Source: a virus (lineage: Duplodnaviria > Heunggongvirae > Uroviricota > Caudoviricetes). From it: 5,172 nt of DNA. Location of the stretch: positions 1-5,172 of IMG/VR virus record IMGVR_UViG_2778261249_000003; one strand, written 5' to 3'. The notes beneath the pieces were generated by a model. That model had not been told where the DNA came from. It saw only the letters and a program-made list of their open reading frames with translations, and searched no databases. The translations under genes were made by a program, and so were the position numbers. Positions 1 through 5,172 of the stretch are shown one piece after another; position 1 is the stretch's first letter, and each line of letters starts with the position of its first letter.

Positions 1-534
1 CTGCGTATTCAGCAGGCGTTTGAAGGTTTAAGCGTCGCCGGGTCGGTGGGGGCCTATCAGTATCATGGTCGCAGTGCCGACGGGCGTGTCGCGGATATTT
101 CTGTCACCAGTCCGTCTCCGGCCTGCGTCACCATCTCTGTGCTGTCACGTGAAAATAACGGTGTGGCATCCGAAGACCTGCTGGCGGTGGTGCGCAACGC
201 CCTTAATGGTGAGGACGTCAGACCGGTGGCCGACCGTGTGACCGTGCAGTCTGCCGTCATCGTTGAATACCAGATAAATGCCACGCTTTACCTTTATCCT
301 GGCCCCGAAAGCGAACCCATTCGCGCTGCCGCCGTGAAAAAATTGGAAGCGTATATCACGGCACAGCACCGGCTGGGGCGCGACATCCGACTGTCTGCCA
401 TTTATGCCGCTTTGCATGTGGAAGGCGTGCAGCGTGTCGAACTGGCTGCACCGCTGGCCGACATCGTGCTCAACAATACGCAGGCGTCTTTCTGTACCGA
501 ATACAGCGTCGTGACCGGAGGCTCGGATGAGTGA
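1..534 (+). CDS. J: Baseplate assembly protein J, C-terminal part (5' end lies outside the window)
   Basis: Frame 1 is open from nt 1 with no stop until TGA at 532-534; the ORF track's start at 46 is an internal GTG. Sits directly upstream of the tail protein I homolog and overlaps its start (ATGAGTGA at 527-534), the J-I-H order of P2-like tail clusters. Assignment rests on synteny and recalled similarity, not a search. Confidence 0.8.
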   Translation: MRIQQAFEGLSVAGSVGAYQYHGRSADGRVADISVTSPSPACVTISVLSRENNGVASEDLLAVVRNALNGEDVRPVADRVTVQSAVIVEYQINATLYLYPGPESEPIRAAAVKKLEAYITAQHRLGRDIRLSAIYAALHVEGVQRVELAAPLADIVLNNTQASFCTEYSVVTGGSDE

Positions 535-1138
535 TTCGCGACTGCTGCCGACCGGCTCATCACCGCTTGAAGTCGCTGCCGCAAAAGCCTGTGCGGAAAT
601 TGAAAAAACGCCGGTCAGTATTCGTAAGCTGTGGAACCCGGACACCTGCCCGGCAAATCTGCTGCCGTGGCTGGCGTGGTCATTTTCGGTTGACCGCTGG
701 GATGATAAGTGGCCGGAAGCGACAAAACGCGCTGTTATCCGCGATGCGTATTTCATTCACTGCCATAAGGGCACTATAGGCGCAATCCGGCGTGTGGTGG
801 AGCCGCTCGGCTATCTGATTGAGGTGAGGGAGTGGTGGCAGCTCAACGAGGAGCCGGGGACGTTCCGCATCGTTGTTGGCGTGCTTGAGCAGGGTATTAC
901 CGAGGAAATGTATCAGGAGCTGGAGCGCCTCGTTACTGATGCAAAACCGGCAAGCCGCCATCTGACGGGACTGGCTATCAGTTTAAGTACAACCGGCAAC
1001 ATTTTTGCCGGTGCGGGATGCTATCACGGCGACGCCCTGACGGTTTATCCCTACACCCCGGAGGCCATTATTGTCGGAGGGGATTATTTCCCGGCCTCGG
1101 CCATTCATTTAATTGATAACCTGAGAGTAAACGCATGA
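527..1138 (+). CDS. I: Phage tail (baseplate) protein I
   Basis: 203-aa ORF starting MSDSRLLPTGSSPLEVAAAKA. GGAGG at 517-521 lies 5 nt upstream of ATG 527. Start overlaps the J stop and the stop (1136-1138) overlaps the H start (ATGA at 1135-1138). Position between J and the tail fiber gene. Confidence 0.88.
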   Translation: MSDSRLLPTGSSPLEVAAAKACAEIEKTPVSIRKLWNPDTCPANLLPWLAWSFSVDRWDDKWPEATKRAVIRDAYFIHCHKGTIGAIRRVVEPLGYLIEVREWWQLNEEPGTFRIVVGVLEQGITEEMYQELERLVTDAKPASRHLTGLAISLSTTGNIFAGAGCYHGDALTVYPYTPEAIIVGGDYFPASAIHLIDNLRVNA

Positions 1139-2502
1139 CAGTGAAATACTACGCCATTCTGACTAATCAGGGCGCGGCACGGCTGGCTAACGCGACGATG
1201 CTCGGCAGTAAGCTGAATCTGACGCAAATGGCCGTTGGTGATGCGAATGGTGTCTTGCCGACACCAGACCCGGCACAGACAAAACTGATTAATCAGAAAC
1301 GCATTGCACCGCTGAATCTTCTGAGTGTTGACCCGAACAACCAGAGCCAGATTATTGCGGAGCAAATCATCCCTGAGAACGAGGGCGGATTCTGGATCCG
1401 TGAGATTGGGCTTTATGATGATGAAGGCGTACTCATTGCGGTGGCGAACTGCCCGGAAACGTACAAACCGCAGTTGCAGGAAGGCAGTGGTCGTACCCAG
1501 ACTATCCGCATGATTCTGGTTGTCACGAATACCGAAGCTATTACGCTGAAAATCGACCCATCGGTGGTACTGGCGACCCGTAAATACGTGGATGATGAAG
1601 TCCTGGAATTAAGGCTGTATGTGGATGAACAGATGAGAAACCACATTGCCGCACAGGATCCTCATACCCAGTATGCACAGAAACATAATCCGACATTTAC
1701 CGGAGAACCAAAAGCGCCGACGCCTGCCGCAGGAAATAACACCACGCGGATTGCGACCACTGAGTTTGTTCAGGCCGCTATTACCGCTCTGATTAACGGT
1801 GCGCCAGCCACGCTGGACACACTGAAAGAAATTGCCGCAGCCATTAACAATGACCCGAAATTCAGCACCACCATTAACAATGCGCTGGCACTGAAAGCTC
1901 CGCTGTCGAGTCCCGCACTTACCGGAACGCCAACAGCACCTACTGCGGCACAGTCGGTCAACAATACACAGATTGCCACCACGGCTTTTGTGAAATCAGC
2001 AATTGCGGCAATGGTGGGTTCTGCCCCTGCGGCACTGGATACACTGAATGAACTGGCGGCGGCGCTGGGGAATGACCCTAACTTTTCAACAACAGTGCTT
2101 AATGCACTGGCAGGCAAACAACCGCTGGACAATACGCTGACTAATTTGAGTGGAAAGGATGTTGCTGGTCTTCTCGCATACCTTGGTTTGGGAGAAGCGG
2201 CAAAACGGAATGTGGGAACAGGGGAAAATCAGATACCTAGTATGTCAGAATGGACATCTGGGACAGGATGGAATAGAGACCCGTCGGGGAGAATAATACA
2301 GCGGGGATTTGCTATGACATCAAGTCAAACTAACATTTTATTCCCGATACCATTTCCGTATGACGATTTCGAAGTTATCGTTTGTGCAGCAGATACAGGA
2401 GCAAATAAAGGGGCCGTAAATGTGTTGCGAAAATCGAGGCAGGGGTTTTCTGTTTCACAGGTTGGAAGTATGCCAGTCGCATACAGATGGATAGCGGGGT
2501 GA
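1135..2502 (+). CDS. H: Tail fiber protein H: constant N-terminal shaft (aa 1-350) plus the currently expressed variable C-terminal tip (aa 351-455)
   Basis: 455-aa ORF. N-terminus (MTVKYYAILTNQGAARLA...MAVGDANG...GGFWIREIGLYDDEGVLIAVAN) is typical of P2/Mu-type tail fiber N-terminal domains. Contains two tandem ~75-aa repeats in the shaft. The left 26-bp crossover site lies in-frame at 2171-2196 (codons L-L-A-Y-L-G-L-G-E). Sequence downstream of the site is AT-richer. Confidence 0.9.
   Translation: MTVKYYAILTNQGAARLANATMLGSKLNLTQMAVGDANGVLPTPDPAQTKLINQKRIAPLNLLSVDPNNQSQIIAEQIIPENEGGFWIREIGLYDDEGVLIAVANCPETYKPQLQEGSGRTQTIRMILVVTNTEAITLKIDPSVVLATRKYVDDEVLELRLYVDEQMRNHIAAQDPHTQYAQKHNPTFTGEPKAPTPAAGNNTTRIATTEFVQAAITALINGAPATLDTLKEIAAAINNDPKFSTTINNALALKAPLSSPALTGTPTAPTAAQSVNNTQIATTAFVKSAIAAMVGSAPAALDTLNELAAALGNDPNFSTTVLNALAGKQPLDNTLTNLSGKDVAGLLAYLGLGEAAKRNVGTGENQIPSMSEWTSGTGWNRDPSGRIIQRGFAMTSSQTNILFPIPFPYDDFEVIVCAADTGANKGAVNVLRKSRQGFSVSQVGSMPVAYRWIAG
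2171..2196. other. Left crossover site for DNA inversion (gix/cix/pix-like, 26 bp): TTCTCGCATACC-TT-GGTTTGGGAGAA
   Basis: Two 12-bp half-sites around a 2-bp core (TT at 2183-2184). The right half-site GGTTTGGGAGAA is the exact reverse complement of the left half-site of the 3954-3979 site. Perfect 15-bp inverted repeat: 2183-2197 TTGGTTTGGGAGAAG versus 3953-3967 CTTCTCCCAAACCAA. Half-sites fit the TTnTCnnAAACC-type pattern of Hin/Gin-family sites. Confidence 0.85.
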
Positions 2503-2507
2503 TTGAA

Positions 2508-2945
2508 ATGTATAAATTTGATCCAAAGAATGCATTATTCTATCCTGCCGCGTCAATTTCCGATTATAAATTGAGCGAAGATGAAATCGCCACATTCACT
2601 GATATTAGCGAGGAGGATGCAACCGAGTTTTTAGGATTCCCGCCGACTGGAAAAATCAGAGGGTCGGACGGTTATGGCAATCCTGCATGGGTTGAAATAC
2701 CTCCACCATCACATGAGGAACTTATTGAACAGGCCGAATCAGAGAGGCAATTATTGATTAACCATGCCAACGAATACATGAACAGTAAACAATGGCCTGG
2801 TAAAGCGGCTATTGGTCGTCTGAATGGTGAGGAACTGGCGCAATATAATTTGTGGCTGGATTATCTGAACGCACTGGAACTGGTTGATACCTCCAGTGCG
2901 CCAGATATTGAATGGCCTACGCCTCCGGCAGTTCAGGCCAGATGA
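2508..2945 (+). CDS. Tail fiber assembly (chaperone) protein, expressed orientation
   Basis: ORF ending ...LAQYNLWLDYLNALELVDTSSAPDIEWPTPPAVQAR, the conserved C-terminal motif of phage tail-fiber assembly proteins. ATG 2508 is preceded by GGGG at 2496-2499 (8-nt spacer) and follows the H stop (2500-2502). An in-frame ATG at 2487 would overlap H by 16 nt and has no obvious SD, so the start is ambiguous between 2487 and 2508. Confidence 0.8.
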   Translation: MYKFDPKNALFYPAASISDYKLSEDEIATFTDISEEDATEFLGFPPTGKIRGSDGYGNPAWVEIPPPSHEELIEQAESERQLLINHANEYMNSKQWPGKAAIGRLNGEELAQYNLWLDYLNALELVDTSSAPDIEWPTPPAVQAR

Positions 2946-3510
2946 CATCCGGCGCGGTGCTGGTATCTGTTGCCGTCACCGCGTCAATGTAATCCAGCAC
3001 AGCGTTAAGTCGGGTGGTTTCTGCCTGCGTCAGTTTACGTCCGGCCTGCAATTTCAGTTGAATCAGACTGATGGAAGCCATTGCAGTATCAATCAGCGAC
3101 TGGCGCTGTGCTTCTGCTGCATCTACTGCGGCGCTATGCTGTGCCTCAGTATCTGTCACCCATTTCTCACCATCCCATTTATCGTATGGCGTTAACGGTG
3201 AAAGCGTGACATAACCGTCTTTGATGGCACCGATATAATCCACTGTAACAGCTGCGCCATTTTCGATTGAGTAAACAGTCTCATTGCGGTGGTCTTCTTC
3301 ATGGCTCCATCCCTTACCCGTAAATACTGCCACTTTCCCCGGAATGTATTCGCCCGGGTCAATACCAGTGGAACAGGCGGGCATACTTACGCCAGTATTA
3401 ATATATTCATCAGACCAGCCCGTATACTCAGATGTTTCAGCATCATAATAAAAACAACGCATATCGCCCGGCACTGTAGCCAGCCCATTTTCATCAAAAA
3501 CAGGTTTCAT
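2917..3510 (-). CDS. Tail fiber assembly (chaperone) protein, alternate copy (Tfa') inside the invertible segment
   Basis: 197-aa minus-strand ORF with C-terminus ...LNAVLDYIDAVTATDTSTAPDVIWPELPEA, the same motif as the + strand chaperone, but an unrelated N-terminal half. Its ATG (3508-3510) overlaps the stop of the upstream minus-strand fiber cassette (TAATG). GAGGG lies about 9 nt upstream on the minus strand. Its 3' end overlaps the + strand chaperone gene by 29 bp (2917-2945). Confidence 0.85.
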   Translation of the reverse strand: MKPVFDENGLATVPGDMRCFYYDAETSEYTGWSDEYINTGVSMPACSTGIDPGEYIPGKVAVFTGKGWSHEEDHRNETVYSIENGAAVTVDYIGAIKDGYVTLSPLTPYDKWDGEKWVTDTEAQHSAAVDAAEAQRQSLIDTAMASISLIQLKLQAGRKLTQAETTRLNAVLDYIDAVTATDTSTAPDVIWPELPEA

Positions 3511-4007
3511 TATTTAGCCCTCACCAGAAAGTTAAATGCAATATTTCGCGGTCTGACAGCAACAAAATTCACACCATCACCCACAGAGTTACTGGTGAAA
3601 TTAAATCGTGAAAATCCTGGCTGATTTCCGGCGATGCCATCATGAAAGTTAATTGCGTGTCCCGCACCTCCGCCTATATTCCCGGCAAACTGAGAAAAGT
3701 TTGTAGCTTCCTGCCAGCTTAATAATTCGCGACCACCATCGGCACCTCGCCCGTCATCCCAGATACGAATGAAATCACCGCGGGCTTCAGGTAATACCAG
3801 TGAAGGAAACACTTTCGCCAGCACAGGGTAATCAGAGGCAGAAAATTTCGCCCCGTTGAACTTCAAAAACACCATACTGGACCAGCTGTCGATTACAGTA
3901 TTTGGCATTGCAGCGGACGGCCAGAAGAACGGAACGCCAATAGCTGGAGCACCTTCTCCCAAACCAACGTTTATGAAAATGCAGAGATAACGGGCAAGTG
4001 GCATCAT
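3510..4007 (-). CDS. Silent alternative tail fiber C-terminal cassette (Sv'-like; tail-collar-type receptor-binding tip), not joined to a fiber N-terminus in this orientation
   Basis: Minus-strand ORF, 165 aa as drawn from a Met-Met at 4007. The right crossover site (3954-3979) lies within it, encoding G-L-G-E in the same codon phase as the left site in H. The downstream 151 aa (GAPAIGVPFFWPS...LPEARGDFIRIWDDGRGADGGRELLSWQ...) carry a motif recalled as the phage tail-collar domain. Functional extent after inversion would be 3510..3966 fused to H codons 1-350. Confidence 0.75.
   Translation of the reverse strand: MMPLARYLCIFINVGLGEGAPAIGVPFFWPSAAMPNTVIDSWSSMVFLKFNGAKFSASDYPVLAKVFPSLVLPEARGDFIRIWDDGRGADGGRELLSWQEATNFSQFAGNIGGGAGHAINFHDGIAGNQPGFSRFNFTSNSVGDGVNFVAVRPRNIAFNFLVRAK
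3954..3979. other. Right crossover site for DNA inversion (26 bp): TTCTCCCAAACC-AA-CGTTTATGAAAA, inverted relative to the left site
   Basis: Core AA at 3966-3967 is TT on the minus strand. The reverse complement TTTTCATAAACG-TT-GGTTTGGGAGAA matches the left site in its core and entire right half. Located 55 bp upstream of the invertase start codon. Confidence 0.85.
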
Positions 4008-4034
4008 CTCCGGTTTTTATTCAGGGGGATGCTC

Positions 4035-4628
4035 ATGCTTATTGGCTATGTACGCGTGTCAACAAATGACCAGAACACGGAATTGCAGCGTAACGCGCTG
4101 GAGTGCGCAGGATGTGAGCTGATTTTTGAGGATAAAATCAGCGGCACGAAGTCCGACAGGCCGGGGCTGAAAAAACTGCTCAGAACATTATCGGAAGGTG
4201 ACACTCTGGTTGTCTGGAAGCTGGACCGGCTGGGGCGTAGTATGCGGCATCTGGTCATTCTGGTTGAGGAGCTGCGCGAACGCGGCATTAATTTTCGCAG
4301 CCTGACGGATGCCATTGATACCAGTACGCCGATGGGGCGTTTTTTCTTTCATGTGATGGGTGCCCTGGCTGAAATGGAACGAGAGCTCATTGTCGAGCGG
4401 ACTCGGGCCGGGCTGGAAGCGGCCAGAGCCAAAGGTCGTATTGGTGGCAGACGTCCTAAACTCACCGCGAGTGAGTGGGAGCAGGCCGGGCGTTTGCTGG
4501 CTGCAGGGGAGTCACGTCAACGCGTGGCACTGATTTTTGATATTGGTCTGTCCACGCTCTATAAAAAATTTCCCTCATCAGCGACAAAGAATAAATTGTG
4601 TCATCCCTTAGCCAACCGGGACAAATAG
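4035..4628 (+). CDS. Serine-recombinase DNA invertase (Gin/Cin/Pin/Hin family)
   Basis: Translation MLIGYVRVSTNDQNTELQRNAL...LVVWKLDRLGRS...GINFRSLTDAIDTSTPMGRFFFHVMGALAEMERELIVERT...RIGGRRPKL... has the resolvase/invertase catalytic domain with the nucleophilic Ser at codon 9 (TCA 4059-4061) and a C-terminal HTH region. AGGGGG at 4023-4028 lies 6 nt upstream of ATG 4035. The ORF-track start at 4029 would leave no spacer after that SD. The gene lies immediately outside the right crossover site, as in the Gin/Cin/Pin arrangement. Confidence 0.93.
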   Translation: MLIGYVRVSTNDQNTELQRNALECAGCELIFEDKISGTKSDRPGLKKLLRTLSEGDTLVVWKLDRLGRSMRHLVILVEELRERGINFRSLTDAIDTSTPMGRFFFHVMGALAEMERELIVERTRAGLEAARAKGRIGGRRPKLTASEWEQAGRLLAAGESRQRVALIFDIGLSTLYKKFPSSATKNKLCHPLANRDK

Positions 4629-4687
4629 CCTGACATCTCCGGCACAACTGAAAATACCACTCACCCATTAACCACGGAGTTGAACGG

Positions 4688-5172
4688 ATGAGTGACTATC
4701 ATCACGGCGTGCAGGTGCTGGAGATTAACGACGGCACCCGCGTCATTTCCACCGTATCCACTGCCATTGTCGGCATGGTCTGCACGGCCAGCGATGCGGA
4801 TGCGGAAACCTTCCCCCTCAATAAACCGGTGCTGATTACCAATGTGCAGAGCGCAATTGCAAAGGCCGGTAAAAAAGGCACGCTGGCGGCATCGTTGCAG
4901 GCCATCGCCGACCAGTCAAAACCGGTCACCGTTGTCGTGCGTGTGGAAGACGGCACCGGCGACGATGAAGAAACGAAACTCGCGCAGACCGTGTCCAATA
5001 TCATCGGCACCACCGACGAAAACGGCCAGTACACCGGACTGAAAGCCCTGCTGGCGGCGGAGTCGGTAACCGGTGTTAAACCGCGTATTCTCGGAGTGCC
5101 GGGACTGGATACCAAAGAGGTGGCTGTTGCACTGGCATCAGTCTGTCAGAAGCTGCGCGCTTTCGGGTATAT
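4688..5172 (+). CDS. FI: Tail sheath protein FI, N-terminal part (3' end lies outside the window)
   Basis: ATG at 4688 preceded by GGAG at 4676-4679 (8-nt spacer). Frame is open to the window end (161 codons, no stop); the six-frame track omits it for lack of a stop. Translation [54 protein letters not shown]... matches my recollection of the P2 FI sheath N-terminus. Confidence 0.88.
   Translation, partial: MSDYHHGVQVLEINDGTRVISTVSTAIVGMVCTASDADAETFPLNKPVLITNVQSAIAKAGKKGTLAASLQAIADQSKPVTVVVRVEDGTGDDEETKLAQTVSNIIGTTDENGQYTGLKALLAAESVTGVKPRILGVPGLDTKEVAVALASVCQKLRAFGY

Larger units (their letters stand above)
2184..3966. other. Invertible DNA segment (~1.78 kb) carrying alternative tail-fiber tip and chaperone genes in opposite orientations
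   Basis: Bounded by the two inverted 26-bp crossover sites. Contains the expressed fiber tip (2197-2502) and chaperone on the + strand, and Tfa' plus the silent tail-collar tip on the minus strand. An adjacent serine invertase gene is present. Architecture matches Mu G, P1 C and e14 P segments. Confidence 0.85.

Noticed and set aside
145-756. 203-aa minus-strand ORF antisense to J and I
   Set aside because: Lies entirely opposite two well-supported, overlapping-start structural genes, with no recognisable protein motif and no SD. Long antisense ORFs are common in GC-rich coding sequence.
531-779. 82-aa + strand ORF in an alternative frame inside the I gene
   Set aside because: Arginine- and cysteine-rich low-complexity translation typical of an off-frame read through a real gene.
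680-1365. Minus-strand ORFs 680..961 and 1105..1365, and the + ORF 1325..1513
   Set aside because: Shadow ORFs overlapping I and H in other frames or strands; no independent support.
1413-2132. Minus-strand ORFs 1413..1646 and 1770..2132 inside the H gene
   Set aside because: Antisense to the tail fiber gene. The 1770..2132 translation is Ala/Ser-rich simply because it mirrors the Ala-rich fiber repeats.
2751-3624. ORFs 2751..2948 (-), 2884..3195 (+) and 3289..3624 (+) inside the invertible segment
   Set aside because: Each is antisense or out of frame relative to the two chaperone genes and the silent fiber cassette, which have clear homology-type motifs. None has a convincing SD or domain.
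3861-3874. Half-site-like CTTCAAAAACACCA as a possible third crossover site (multiple-inversion system)
   Set aside because: Resembles one invertase half-site but has no dyad partner or matching core. I found no other copy of the 15-bp repeat, so the switch appears to have two states only.
4029-4034. Upstream ATG at 4029 as the invertase start (ORF-track call, MLMLIGY...)
   Set aside because: The SD-like AGGGGG ends at 4028, leaving no spacer for 4029 but 6 nt for ATG 4035. Invertases of this family begin MLIGY... Not fully excluded.
4584-4687. Search for a P2-type Ogr-dependent late promoter (TGT-N12-ACA dyad) upstream of FI
   Set aside because: TGT occurs at 4597-4601 and ACA at 4621-4623, but the spacing is about 19-21 nt rather than 12; no exact dyad was found by eye. 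A late promoter is probably present but I cannot place it from sequence alone.
4046-5115. Minus-strand ORFs 4046..4315, 4462..4668, 4702..5115 and the + ORF 4842..5042
   Set aside because: Antisense or off-frame to the invertase and the FI sheath gene; translations are low-complexity (Ser/Thr/Arg-rich).
1-5172. tRNA, rRNA, CRISPR array, transposase or integron features
   Set aside because: No direct-repeat/spacer periodicity, no terminal inverted repeats flanking a transposase-like ORF, and no sequence with recognisable tRNA or rRNA character. The window is almost entirely protein-coding phage tail genes.

Overview
This window reads as part of the late tail-gene block of a P2-like (myovirus) prophage in an enterobacterial-type genome. 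The order on the + strand is: baseplate protein J (3' part, cut by the window start), tail protein I, tail fiber H, a tail-fiber assembly chaperone, then a serine DNA invertase and the start of tail sheath FI (cut by the window end). Between the fiber gene and the invertase lies the main feature: a ~1.78 kb invertible segment (about 2184..3966) bounded by two 26-bp crossover sites in inverted orientation that share a perfect 15-bp inverted repeat. The left site sits in-frame inside the tail fiber gene. The segment carries, on the minus strand, a second chaperone gene and a silent alternative fiber C-terminus that would fuse in-frame to the constant part of H after inversion. This is a Gin/Cin/Pin-type host-range switch, a well-known class rather than a new kind of system, but the whole switch is present here and can be reconstructed from the sequence. 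I found no rRNA, tRNA, CRISPR array, or transposon-like element. All family assignments come from reading the translated ORFs and recognising motifs and gene order; no database search was run.
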